Part shown: one piece after another, positions 30,304 through 38,278 of the stretch
How positions within the stretch are numbered: position 1 is the first letter of the stretch
Layout of the letters: each line of letters begins with the position of its first letter
Virus record (IMG/VR): IMGVR_UViG_3300005611_000006
Source: a virus
Taxonomy: Duplodnaviria > Caudoviricetes
Direction: 5' to 3' (one strand)
Length of the DNA stretch: 64,000 nt
Notes under the pieces: model-generated
Databases searched by the model: none
Seen by the model: only the letters and a program-made list of their open reading frames with translations
Told to the model about the DNA's origin: nothing
Translations under genes and position numbers: made by a program

Positions 30304-30441
30304 ATGTATTTACTACTCACTGAAAAGGATGCTGATACAATTTATGAAGAATATCAGGAATGGGAACAGGATGAACAATTTGAAGAAGATGAATATAGAG
30401 AAGATAGAATGGAACAAATGATCTCTAGACACTATTACTAA
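30304..30441 (+). CDS. Very acidic 45-aa protein
   Basis: MYLLLTEKDADTIYEEYQEWEQDEQFEEDEYREDRMEQMISRHYY*. Confidence 0.55.
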   Translation: MYLLLTEKDADTIYEEYQEWEQDEQFEEDEYREDRMEQMISRHYY

Positions 30442-30462
30442 ATACCAGTATAATTATTTTCT

Positions 30463-30534
30463 GGGCTCATAGTTAAACGGATATAACTACCGCCTTCTAA
30501 GCGGTTATTCTAGGTTCGATTCCTAGTGAGCCTG
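30463..30534 (+). tRNA. trnR: tRNA-Arg(TCT)
   Basis: Anticodon arm ACCGC-CTTCTAA-GCGGT; T arm CTAGG-TTCGATT-CCTAG. Confidence 0.95.
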
Positions 30535-30556
30535 CTATATTTTTCCAGGATTAAAG

Positions 30557-30811
30557 ATGCTAATTGAAGAAATTTTTGTTAATGAAAAAACTGAAGAAGT
30601 TACAGTAACTGCTATTATAGAAGATGCTGTTTTAGTTTATCATCAAACTTTATTAGATCCTCCAGAATATGGTCCTGCATTGTGTATTACTTCATTCCCT
30701 TTAGAACAAATTGATTTTAATTTAAATGATAAAGATGCTCTTAAAGATTTCCTTTCAGATGCAGATTGGGAAGTATTAAGACATAAAGATTACGATTATG
30801 ATTATGACTGA
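30557..30811 (+). CDS. Acidic hypothetical protein
   Basis: 84-aa ORF with a QTLLDPPEYGPALC motif. Confidence 0.7.
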   Translation: MLIEEIFVNEKTEEVTVTAIIEDAVLVYHQTLLDPPEYGPALCITSFPLEQIDFNLNDKDALKDFLSDADWEVLRHKDYDYDYD

Positions 30812-30989
30812 AAAGAAGAAAAATCTTTTTCCATATTCAATGTTTCCAGTAAGACTTGAACATATGGAAGGAAAAGACAAAAAAATATGTTTTTTTACTC
30901 ATAAAGATGATATGACTAAGTATGTGAGTAGATTAAAATTAAAGAAAAAAGACTACAAGTTTTCTGTAAAATCTGATAAAAAAAAGTGA
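30798..30989 (+). CDS. Basic hypothetical protein
   Basis: 63-aa ORF, FPY..FPVRLEH..KICFF; overlaps the upstream stop. Confidence 0.65.
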   Translation: MIMTEKKKNLFPYSMFPVRLEHMEGKDKKICFFTHKDDMTKYVSRLKLKKKDYKFSVKSDKKK

Positions 30990-31188
30990 AACGATATGGA
31001 AATGTATAAACCTAATATTGATCAAAAGTTAAATTACTTAGAAAATGAAAATGTAGAAACCACAAATGTTTTATATGAATTAAGTAACAAAATTGATGAT
31101 TTGAATAATCGTCTACAAGTTCTTGAAAATTATCTTTTATCTGATGGCAAATAGTATAAATAAATCTAAGAACTAATTTAGATCTATA

Positions 31189-31665
31189 ATGAAAACCTTC
31201 AATGATTTTCTTAAAGAAGCACATATTTTTGAGATGCGTAAAGAGGATAAAGTTAAAGGCAAAGAAAAAACTCCTCTTTATGTAAATCCAAAAATAAATG
31301 TGATGAAGAAATCTGATGATGGTAAATGGAAAAAAGAAACATCTAATAGATTTTCTGGAAAGGGAAGAATAAATCCAGTGGTTTCAATGGCAAGGGCAAA
31401 ACGCCCAAGCAGTAAACAGAGTTTTGGAATGTCTGGGTATGGAGCAATGGCAAATGATCCAGGAGCACCACAACCACAAGGAACTTCTGCTGGTAAAAAA
31501 GGAATTTTTAGAGGAAAGAAAAAGAGCGATCCAGAAATTCAAAAATTGAAAAAAAGTGCTCCAATGGGAGACTTAAATAATCCAATAACTAGACTTACAG
31601 CAAAAACTCCAAAAGAAAAAATGGATCTCAAAAGAAGTAGAAGAAAAATTAACTATGGAAGTTGA
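31189..31665 (+). CDS. Putative internal head (ejected) protein with capsid-targeting-like N-terminus
   Basis: TATAAATA late promoter at 31155; MKTFNDFLKEA resembles the T4 capsid-targeting sequence MKTYQEFIAE; very basic. Confidence 0.65.
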   Translation: MKTFNDFLKEAHIFEMRKEDKVKGKEKTPLYVNPKINVMKKSDDGKWKKETSNRFSGKGRINPVVSMARAKRPSSKQSFGMSGYGAMANDPGAPQPQGTSAGKKGIFRGKKKSDPEIQKLKKSAPMGDLNNPITRLTAKTPKEKMDLKRSRRKINYGS

Positions 31666-31681
31666 GGGTAATTAAAAATCT

Positions 31682-31990
31682 ATGACTAAATTTAAACATA
31701 ATTTTTTTGAATATGAATGGGGTGGAGAAGATACTTGGTATACAAAATCTAAACGATGGGCAAAAAATCAAAATCCAATAGTTAAAGATTTGGCATTGGG
31801 TTTTATCGAATGGTTATGGATTAAGTGGATAGAAAGGAAAGTAAAAATGGAAATGTCTTTCGTTGATAAGCAGGCAGAAGAGATTGTTGATATGTGGGAA
31901 ATTCAAGATAAACCAATTGTAAAATCAGAGAAATCTGAAGTTGATGGACTAGATATTATTAGTATCTCTACTTTCGATGAGAATAATTAA
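31682..31990 (+). CDS. Hypothetical protein
   Basis: 102-aa Trp-rich ORF. Confidence 0.7.
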   Translation: MTKFKHNFFEYEWGGEDTWYTKSKRWAKNQNPIVKDLALGFIEWLWIKWIERKVKMEMSFVDKQAEEIVDMWEIQDKPIVKSEKSEVDGLDIISISTFDENN

Positions 31991-32600
31991 CGATTATGGA
32001 AAGAATTAATCTTACTGAAAAAATGAGAAAAAGAGATGCTGCAGCAAATGCGGCATTATCCCTAGCATTTGCTGCAAATGCTGCATCATCACCTGAAGCA
32101 TTTCTTCGTTCTGGTCATATTGAAGGACCAGGATTTCAACTAATGTCCAGAATGATGAGAAAGAGAAAAGAAGCAGATAGAAATTTAGATAGTGAAAGAG
32201 TGTCAGAACCAGCAAGAAATAAAAAGGAGAGACCAAAGATGAAAACCTTTGAAGAGTTTATGAGTGAAAAAACTGGGATGATGACGGGAGCCGTTGATGA
32301 GGCATTTAAGCAAATGCCTGGGGAATTGATGAACAGACAAATTCAAAAATTAGAAAGAAGTAAATTAGATTTGAGGAAAGGAAGACAAACTGAGAAAAAA
32401 AGATATAAAGAAATTGATTACGAAAAACAAATGAAAAGAATTCAATTAGCAGGAAAGCAAGATTATAATTCTAAAGGTGAATCATATAGTAAGTTTTATC
32501 AAGACCCACTAAAAACTGGAAAGATTCGTGACCATAGATTTAGATAATACAACTAATGAGAATAATTAACGATTATGGAAAAAATTAATCTTACTGAAAA
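31977..32600 (+). repeat. 45-bp direct repeat (31977-32021 and 32556-32600) bracketing one gene
   Basis: ATGAGAATAATTAACGATTATGGAAARAATTAATCTTACTGAAAA; the two copies differ at 1 position. Confidence 0.9.
31996..32547 (+). CDS. Putative internal head protein with an internal MKTFEEFMSE motif
   Basis: 183 aa, basic; capsid-targeting-like motif in mid-protein. Confidence 0.6.
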   Translation: MERINLTEKMRKRDAAANAALSLAFAANAASSPEAFLRSGHIEGPGFQLMSRMMRKRKEADRNLDSERVSEPARNKKERPKMKTFEEFMSEKTGMMTGAVDEAFKQMPGELMNRQIQKLERSKLDLRKGRQTEKKRYKEIDYEKQMKRIQLAGKQDYNSKGESYSKFYQDPLKTGKIRDHRFR

Positions 32601-32730
32601 TAAAGAAGAAAATATAGATTCTTCTAGATTAAATGAAATTGAAAACAGACTAAAAACACTTGAAAAAAGATTTGACAATCTTATTATGACACTTAAACTT
32701 GAATTTTACGAGGGTGGAAAAATATGTTAA
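32575..32730 (+). CDS. 51-aa coiled-coil protein
   Basis: MEKINLTENKEENIDSSRLNEIENRLKTLEKRFDN...; starts inside the second repeat copy. Confidence 0.6.
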   Translation: MEKINLTENKEENIDSSRLNEIENRLKTLEKRFDNLIMTLKLEFYEGGKIC

Positions 32731-32867
32731 TTACTACTATAGTAGTTGGACTCATTCAAATAGCACCTAATATTTGTAGAGTCGATATACTCAATCCAGA
32801 TATGAGTATTGATGTATTTAATACAAAATGCGAAATTTTATTCGAGGAATCAATTTTAAAAATATGA
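32724..32867 (+). CDS. 47-aa hypothetical protein
   Basis: MLITTIVVGLIQIAPNICRVDILNPD...; overlaps both neighbours. Confidence 0.5.
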   Translation: MLITTIVVGLIQIAPNICRVDILNPDMSIDVFNTKCEILFEESILKI

Positions 32868-33031
32868 AAATAGAAATAATTTATCAAAACGGACATTATG
32901 AATGGAAGTTTTGGGACGGACCAGATGGTATCGATTATTTTAGAGGAACGGCAAATTCAATTGGTCAAGCAATGGAACATATAATTGAAAAGAAAATTGA
33001 AAATGATAGGTACTACAAAGATACTCTATGA
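32864..33031 (+). CDS. Hypothetical protein
   Basis: MKIEIIYQNGHYEWKFWDGPDGID...; ATGA overlaps at both ends. Confidence 0.6.
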   Translation: MKIEIIYQNGHYEWKFWDGPDGIDYFRGTANSIGQAMEHIIEKKIENDRYYKDTL

Positions 33032-33222
33032 AAACTTTATTTTTGTTTTCTTTTTTATTTTTTTGGGATACTTTAGATTTGACTAATAAAACTCCTTTAG
33101 AAAAGTTTTTGAATGAGTTTAACAGACAAAATGAAACTGGAGTATATGAAAAGGTAAAATCTTCTTGTTATGTTGAAGGAGAATTTTACAAAGTTTGTCC
33201 TGAATTTGAGGACACTTTCTAA
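33028..33222 (+). CDS. Hypothetical protein with hydrophobic N-terminus
   Basis: 64 aa, C-terminal SCYVEGEFYKVC. Confidence 0.55.
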   Translation: MKTLFLFSFLFFWDTLDLTNKTPLEKFLNEFNRQNETGVYEKVKSSCYVEGEFYKVCPEFEDTF

Positions 33223-33266
33223 ACCGTCCACTCTGCCCCTGACTCTGCCCCACTCTGCCCTATAAT
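33208..33266 (+). promoter_or_regulatory. Palindrome promoter copy 4
   Basis: GAGGACACTTTCTAAACCGTCCAC; 29-bp spacer containing three CTCTGCCC units; TATAAT. Confidence 0.75.
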
Positions 33267-33290
33267 GAGTAAGTCATCGAAAGGGAATCA

Positions 33291-33515
33291 ATGGAAATCC
33301 TTGAAATTCAAAATTCGTCTGCTGTGAAGAAAGTTTGCTTCGATTATGATGAGAATAAAGTTGGAGTTGCCTATACTTACAAGCAAGACAATTTTTACTT
33401 TTTTGGGTGTAATGACATTGAAGACTTTAAATCAAAAATTGCATCTGCTGAAAGTGTAGGTAAACTTATTTCTCAGAGTAAGAAAAATGGAACACTTCAA
33501 TCTATTGACATTTGA
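33291..33515 (+). CDS. KTSC-like small nucleic-acid-binding protein
   Basis: SSAVKKVCFD..SAESVGKLI pattern of KTSC domains. Confidence 0.55.
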   Translation: MEILEIQNSSAVKKVCFDYDENKVGVAYTYKQDNFYFFGCNDIEDFKSKIASAESVGKLISQSKKNGTLQSIDI

Positions 33516-33541
33516 GTCAATTTGAAATATAGTGATCATAT

Positions 33542-33626
33542 GGAGAGGTGACCGAGTGGATTAAGGTATCAGTCTTGAAAACTGCCGATGTGAAAGCATC
33601 CGTGGGTTCGAATCCCACCCTCTCCG
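33542..33626 (+). tRNA. trnS: tRNA-Ser(TGA)
   Basis: GGAGAGG/CCTCTCC acceptor, loop CTTGAAA, long variable arm; own TTGACA-17-TATAGT promoter at 33505-33533. Confidence 0.95.
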
Positions 33627-33663
33627 TTGACAATTATACTATATGTGGTATAATTGTCTTATC

Positions 33664-33735
33664 GGGTGAATAACTCAGTGGTAGAGTTCCTCCTTTACAC
33701 GGAGGCAGTCGGGGGTTCAAATCCCTCTTCACCCA
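33664..33735 (+). tRNA. trnV: tRNA-Val(TAC)
   Basis: Anticodon arm CCTCC-TTTACAC-GGAGG; TTGACA..TATAAT promoter at 33627-33654. Confidence 0.95.
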
Positions 33736-33758
33736 CTTGGAGATTGATCATCTCCATA

Positions 33759-33946
33759 GGGTATGACAGAATAGTTGGTGTGGTCAAGCACCCGACAATG
33801 TATAGTAAGGAAGGCTGTGGTGGCCGCCATATTACCTGGAGACAGGAGATATGAGAACTCATACCAAGAGTCCTGAAAGTTCAGAGGAAAACTTACATTA
33901 GTGAGACCCCTCTGTTGAAGGTATAATGTAATCCTTCTACCCACCC
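33759..33946 (+). ncRNA. Structured ncRNA inside the tRNA cluster, probably the manA RNA motif
   Basis: GC-richer ~190 nt closed by GGGTA/TACCC with an inner GAAGG/CCTTC stem. The GGGTATGACAGAAT start and tRNA-adjacent position match my recollection of cyanophage manA RNAs; not verified. Confidence 0.55.
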
Positions 33947-34013
33947 ACAACCAAATACCTTGGGACGGATTGCCCCAAAATTGCAGGTTGGTTCACCTGC
34001 TTTATATAAACAA

Positions 34014-34090
34014 CGGAACGTAGCTCAGTTTGGTAGAGCACTCGCTTTGGGAGCGAGATGTCGCAGGTTCGAATCCTGTCGTTCCGACCA
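34014..34090 (+). tRNA. trnP: tRNA-Pro(TGG), CCA encoded
   Basis: Anticodon arm CTCGC-TTTGGGA-GCGAG. Confidence 0.95.
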
Positions 34091-34104
34091 CTATTATCAT
34101 TTTT

Positions 34105-34284
34105 ATGAAAATTAATCTTTGGTATTCTAAGCATCTTCATCAATGGCGATGGACACTTTCTGATGATCGTGATAAAACTATTCAGGAATCGGGTCAACAA
34201 AATGATCTTCGCAATGCTATGAATGATGTAGCAAAAACTGTTGAATACATTTTAAGTAATTATAATTCTAATGATCCTCTGTAG
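34105..34284 (+). CDS. Small cyanophage protein
   Basis: MKINLWYSKHLHQWRWTL..QESGQ..LRNAMNDVAKTVEY; its stop overlaps the 5' end of tRNA-Asn. Confidence 0.7.
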   Translation: MKINLWYSKHLHQWRWTLSDDRDKTIQESGQQNDLRNAMNDVAKTVEYILSNYNSNDPL

Positions 34285-34346
34285 CACAGCGGTAGTGCAA
34301 ACGACTGTTAATCGTTGGGTCGCAGGTTCGAATCCTGCCGGGGGAG
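34275..34346 (+). tRNA. trnN: tRNA-Asn(GTT)
   Basis: Anticodon arm AACGA-CTGTTAA-TCGTT. Confidence 0.93.
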
Positions 34347-34349
34347 TTA

Positions 34350-34430
34350 GCTTCAGTGGCGGAATGGTAGACGCAGCAGACTTAGAATCTGCCGCCAGTT
34401 GGCGTGGAAGTTCAAATCTTCTCTGGAGCA
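34350..34430 (+). tRNA. trnL: tRNA-Leu(TAG)
   Basis: Anticodon arm GCAGA-CTTAGAA-TCTGC; long variable arm. Confidence 0.93.
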
Positions 34431-34437
34431 CTACTAA

Positions 34438-34496
34438 AAGGACACTTAAAAAACTGGCACAGTCATCATTGATCCCGGCAAAATATGCTCTATACT
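34438..34496 (+). promoter_or_regulatory. Palindrome promoter copy 5
   Basis: AAGGACACTTAAAAAACTGGCACA; 29 bp gap; TATACT. Confidence 0.75.
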
Positions 34497-34659
34497 AAGG
34501 AGGTAATCAAACTTGTATGAAACTTTCAACTCAATTTCTTTTAGGACTAATAGTAATCATTGGATTAAATTCATTTCTAGTAAAGAGAGATAGAGATCTA
34601 ATTCGAGCATACGAAGTATGCACTCAGTTCACTTATCATCCAGATTGCCCTTATCATCA

Positions 34660-34860
34660 ATGAAAACAAAAAAGAAATTCGTTAATGTTGAGCCTATTTC
34701 AGAAAAAGCAAGGTTTAGGTTTATTACTGAAATGAATTATTTTCACGCTTGTGAGGTTAAAGAAGAGAAAGATGATATGTATTTTGTTTGTTCTTTGAAT
34801 AAGCAATACTATATGTGGTTACCAAAAAAAGGTAATGATCACTGGAAAGTTATAAAATAA
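34660..34860 (+). CDS. Hypothetical protein
   Basis: MKTKKKFVNVEPISEKARFRF..SLNKQYYMWLPKKGNDHW. Confidence 0.7.
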   Translation: MKTKKKFVNVEPISEKARFRFITEMNYFHACEVKEEKDDMYFVCSLNKQYYMWLPKKGNDHWKVIK

Positions 34861-34892
34861 TATAAATATTCCTAGAAGAATAAAAAACTAAA

Positions 34893-35399
34893 ATGGATTC
34901 TAATAATCTCATCAAAAGTTTAACAGAAGCATATCTTGATGTTTATACATCTGATGAAGAAATTGGTGAAGCAACTTCTAATGAAACGGTTGAAGAAAAC
35001 AGTGGATATAATATGGATAAAATTAAGAAGGATCCTCTTGCTTCAATGACTCCTGCAACATTCTTGAAAAATAAAGAGGCAGGACAACAATTTGCATCAC
35101 CTAGAAGAAAAGGTCCTGGTGGTGGTAGAATTCCTTCAAGTCTTGCTCCTTCAAGAACTGCTGCAAATGTTGCAGATATTACTAAAGGAAGTGAGAGAAA
35201 CATTTCAAGATCACGTAGACTTCCTACTGATCCAAAGAGAACCAAAATGGTTAAAAAAGATGGTAAGTGGATGAAGGAAGCATTCGATATTGTACTTGAA
35301 CATCTTCTTGATGAAGGTTATGCAGATAATCAAGAAGCAGCAGTAAAAATTATGGCAAATATGAGTGAAGAATGGGTTAATAGCATTCTTGTTGACTGA
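34893..35399 (+). CDS. Late, putative internal virion protein
   Basis: TATAAATA at 34861; SLTEAYLDVY N-terminal motif and FDIVLEHLLDEGYAD..IMANMSEEW C-terminal motif. Confidence 0.65.
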   Translation: MDSNNLIKSLTEAYLDVYTSDEEIGEATSNETVEENSGYNMDKIKKDPLASMTPATFLKNKEAGQQFASPRRKGPGGGRIPSSLAPSRTAANVADITKGSERNISRSRRLPTDPKRTKMVKKDGKWMKEAFDIVLEHLLDEGYADNQEAAVKIMANMSEEWVNSILVD

Positions 35400-35456
35400 G
35401 GACACTCTATAAAGTGCCACACAGACCCCTCCGGGGGTCTTTTTTTATGCTATAGT
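35398..35456 (+). promoter_or_regulatory. Palindrome promoter copy 6 with an embedded terminator
   Basis: GAGGACACTCTATAAAGTGCCACA; the 29-bp spacer contains AGACCCC-TCCG-GGGGTCT and a T-run; TGn-TATAGT. Confidence 0.75.
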
Positions 35457-35470
35457 TTACTCGTAAACAA

Positions 35471-35704
35471 ATGAGACAGATGACTTCTTTCACACCAGAA
35501 ACAATCTCAGTTGAATTTACTGAATGTGAACTTCAAGATCTTCGTATTGCAATGATGGATTATACGTCAAAGTGGATGAATTATCATTCAGATTGTATTT
35601 TAGGTGTAGCACCAAAAAATATGAGTGAAGAGGGAGCACGTCTTTGTTATGAAGATGCAAGAAAACTCCAAGAACGTATTATTGTACTTTCTAAGAATTT
35701 TTGA
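35471..35704 (+). CDS. Early hypothetical protein
   Basis: 77-aa ORF directly after promoter copy 6. Confidence 0.65.
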   Translation: MRQMTSFTPETISVEFTECELQDLRIAMMDYTSKWMNYHSDCILGVAPKNMSEEGARLCYEDARKLQERIIVLSKNF

Positions 35705-35868
35705 TGAAACAAATTAAAATTGAAAGGATCGTAGAAGACATTGAAAGAAACCTTAAAATAGGTAAGAAATCACTTGAGGATAACGAAAAAAGTTATCCTT
35801 ATGTTGCTGGATTCTATGAAGCAACATTGAAAACTATTTCCTTTATGCTTTCTCAGGAGATTAAATGA
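35704..35868 (+). CDS. 54-aa early hypothetical protein
   Basis: MKQIKIERIVEDIERNL..SYPYVAGFYEATLK; coupled to both neighbours. Confidence 0.55.
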   Translation: MKQIKIERIVEDIERNLKIGKKSLEDNEKSYPYVAGFYEATLKTISFMLSQEIK

Positions 35869-36134
35869 CTTTTTCTAATCTTTCTAAGATCAAACCAAAA
35901 CTTCGCACACAAGGTAGGTTATCTGGTAATTTTGGAAAGTCAAAAGTAAAAGCAGGTTCATCATTAAGTCAAATTGGAGTTACTAAAGCAAAAGTCGTGA
36001 AAGTTACAACACAAGACGAATATCTCAATCGCCTTTACACTGCTTTTGATAAAGCAGAAGATTCTAAATTAAAAGGATTTCTTTATGAAGAGATTCGTAA
36101 AATTCTTGTTCAACGAGGTCAGTGGTCAAAATGA
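35865..36134 (+). CDS. Basic early protein
   Basis: MTFSNLSKIKPKLRTQG..SGNFGKSKVKAGSSL; AGGAG ribosome-binding site. Confidence 0.75.
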   Translation: MTFSNLSKIKPKLRTQGRLSGNFGKSKVKAGSSLSQIGVTKAKVVKVTTQDEYLNRLYTAFDKAEDSKLKGFLYEEIRKILVQRGQWSK

Positions 36135-36385
36135 GTTCTATGTCTGAAATTCAAAAAGCATATGATATTCTCAATGCAGTTGTTCAAAAAGAAAATGGAC
36201 TGCACTTGATGGATATGACAATTTATTCATCTGATGTTGATATTATTCAATATGAGATTCTTCCAGTTCTTGAAAGTATTATTGATTATGAACCCTCAGA
36301 TGAAGAATTGTGTGGAGAACCTTCAATTACAATGAATGAAATGCATAGTGCTGCTCATAAGAGGCACATTGAGATGCATTCTTAA
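36131..36385 (+). CDS. Acidic early protein
   Basis: ..DYEPSDEELCGEPSITMNEMHSAAH.. Confidence 0.7.
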   Translation: MSSMSEIQKAYDILNAVVQKENGLHLMDMTIYSSDVDIIQYEILPVLESIIDYEPSDEELCGEPSITMNEMHSAAHKRHIEMHS

Positions 36386-36393
36386 CAATAATG

Positions 36394-36452
36394 TGTGCCA
36401 CTTGTAGAACTGGCACAGTGTGCTTGACTTGAGGCGGATAATCCCTTATATT
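36394..36452 (+). promoter_or_regulatory. Palindrome promoter copy 7
   Basis: TGTGCCACTTGTAGAACTGGCACA; TTGACT-17-TATATT; 29 bp gap. Confidence 0.85.
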
Positions 36453-36475
36453 AGGAGGGTAGTCAAGTCAAGCAG

Positions 36476-36613
36476 ATGACTTCAATTCGATTCACTTACG
36501 ACATTCAAACTCAAGAAAAAGTTTATGTTGTGGTTAAGAAGAATAAATATGTTTTAACCAATTCAATTACGAATGCAATTCGTATATCCCAAAATGAAAA
36601 ACAAGAAAATTAA
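36476..36613 (+). CDS. 45-aa early protein
   Basis: MTSIRFTYDIQTQEKVYVVV...; first ORF after promoter copy 7. Confidence 0.5.
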   Translation: MTSIRFTYDIQTQEKVYVVVKKNKYVLTNSITNAIRISQNEKQEN

Positions 36614-36768
36614 TAAACCAATAAAAGAAGACAGTGAAATGTCTTTAGGTGAATTAATTGACACTCCAAAGTTCCAAAAAGAACTTTATAAGTGTTCTCC
36701 TTGTAACTGTTCAAAATCTTCTAAACAAGTCTAATCTAAATCTTGATTTTTACAATTCTTATTTCAAA

Positions 36769-37002
36769 ATGAATTTCAAACTTTCTATTCAAGAATACGA
36801 AAAGCAACTTAAGATTGCAAAGAAAAAATATGACAAACTTTGCAAACAATATAAAAGATGTAAAAGTGCTTATCAAGCAGAAATGATTTCAGAAGATTTG
36901 GAGGACACACGTCAAGACGTTATTGAACTTCAAATTATTGTTAATGAGATTAGGCAAGAGAAAAAACTTCACGAATGTGATTCTTCTCAATTTGTTTACT
37001 GA
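36769..37002 (+). CDS. Coiled-coil early protein
   Basis: MNFKLSIQEYEKQLKIAKKKYDKL... Confidence 0.7.
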   Translation: MNFKLSIQEYEKQLKIAKKKYDKLCKQYKRCKSAYQAEMISEDLEDTRQDVIELQIIVNEIRQEKKLHECDSSQFVY

Positions 37003-37024
37003 TCACTTATCTACGAAAAAAATT

Positions 37025-37276
37025 ATGAATGACATTAATCTTTCTGGTGTGTTTCTAACTGCTGAAGAGCACGGTTGTGTTTATACAGTTGACTCTGAAG
37101 GTGAATTGTTTTATACACCATTATATCAAGATGGTAGTGCAAATCTTGAAGAGTTTGATTTTGTAGATTTTGAAGAAAGTGATGCTGGTGATGAACAACT
37201 TGAAGAAATTCAAGAAGTTCTTTGTAAAATGATGCAAGTTGCAGGTCTTTATTTTAGACCTGCTGTGCCAGTCTAA
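37025..37276 (+). CDS. Acidic early protein
   Basis: MNDINLSGVFLTAEEHGCVYTVDSEGELFYTP... Confidence 0.7.
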   Translation: MNDINLSGVFLTAEEHGCVYTVDSEGELFYTPLYQDGSANLEEFDFVDFEESDAGDEQLEEIQEVLCKMMQVAGLYFRPAVPV

Positions 37277-37322
37277 AAACTGGCACAAAACGCTTGCCAA
37301 GGCACCCAGATGGTGCTATATT
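37264..37322 (+). promoter_or_regulatory. Palindrome promoter copy 8
   Basis: TGTGCCAGTCTAAAAACTGGCACA; TTGCCA-17-TATATT; 29 bp gap. Confidence 0.85.
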
Positions 37323-37349
37323 AAAAAAGTCGATCAAAGGAGTTATTCA

Positions 37350-37496
37350 ATGTCTTCCAATGAAATGGTTCTTCACGATGATTATGAATCATTTGCCAGT
37401 TATCTTGGTGTCGATTACGACGACTATTATGAAATGATCAATGATTTGAATCTTGAATCTGAAGAGATAGAGATTGAATACTCCTTGACTATTTGA
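37350..37496 (+). CDS. Very acidic 48-aa early protein
   Basis: AAGGAG ribosome-binding site; MSSNEMVLHDDYESFASYLGVDYDDYYEM... Confidence 0.65.
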   Translation: MSSNEMVLHDDYESFASYLGVDYDDYYEMINDLNLESEEIEIEYSLTI

Positions 37497-37530
37497 TTAA
37501 ATAATAATAGAACATTTTCCTCTTGGAACA

Positions 37531-37656
37531 ATGAGCACTCCTAATTGGATTCATAATTCTGGAAAGAAAAAGAATCCCCGAGGAGTGTCTAAGGGGAAAC
37601 TTAAATCTCGCAAACAATCTCTTAATCATTTCAAAAGAAAGTACAAATCAAAATGA
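37531..37656 (+). CDS. 41-aa basic peptide
   Basis: MSTPNWIHNSGKKKNPRGVSKGKLKSRKQSLNHFKRKYKSK*. Confidence 0.55.
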   Translation: MSTPNWIHNSGKKKNPRGVSKGKLKSRKQSLNHFKRKYKSK

Positions 37657-38093
37657 CTGAATTTGCAGATTTTGTTGCTACAAAACCCAACACAACTTTA
37701 CGAATGGAAAAGGTGATTGACTTGATTGAAAAGTTTTGCGATGTTCTTCGCACAAACTATCAAGAGTACGCAATCTATCAGCATCGTCGTCATATTCTAC
37801 AAAATGATAATGTAGAGTATCATCAAAAGCAAATTGATGAACTTTGTGAAGGTGAAGGTGTGGATAAGTTTGTGTATGAAAAAGGTCGTAAGTACGCAAA
37901 GATTATTCATATCACTAATGCTGGTAATCGAAGTGCTCACGCATTCGTAGATATGAAAACAGGTGATGTATATAAATCTGCAAGTTGGAAATCTCCTGCA
38001 AAGGGAATTCGATATAATCTTCTAGATGAAAAATCTAGAACTGAAATGTATAAGCGTGCAGACTGGGCAGGTTCTTATCTTTATAACAAATGA
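37653..38093 (+). CDS. Widespread phage early protein of unknown function
   Basis: GRKYAKI..SAHAFVD..TGDVYKSASWKSPAKGIRYNL motif. Confidence 0.8.
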   Translation: MTEFADFVATKPNTTLRMEKVIDLIEKFCDVLRTNYQEYAIYQHRRHILQNDNVEYHQKQIDELCEGEGVDKFVYEKGRKYAKIIHITNAGNRSAHAFVDMKTGDVYKSASWKSPAKGIRYNLLDEKSRTEMYKRADWAGSYLYNK

Positions 38094-38278
38094 AAGAAGA
38101 ATTCTATGATGGTCTAGAAATCAACTATCAAGGTCAAAATGGCACTGTACGTTTTGTTTGTGATTCTTATATTACAATGTGCATTCATTTAGATGAATTA
38201 AGATTCAGAGATGTTTGTATTGTAATACCTTCAGAAAGATACTCTGAAATTAAACTCAAAAAACAATCTGACAAATGA
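38090..38278 (+). CDS. Small SH3-like hypothetical protein
   Basis: 62 aa, GTVRFVCDSYITMCI; ATGA overlaps. Confidence 0.65.
   Translation: MKEEFYDGLEINYQGQNGTVRFVCDSYITMCIHLDELRFRDVCIVIPSERYSEIKLKKQSDK

Noticed and set aside
33654-34498. ORF-track entries 33654-33854, 33729-33950, 33937-34200, 34271-34498 and the 5' extension at 34030
   Set aside because: They overlap tRNAs or the structured RNA.
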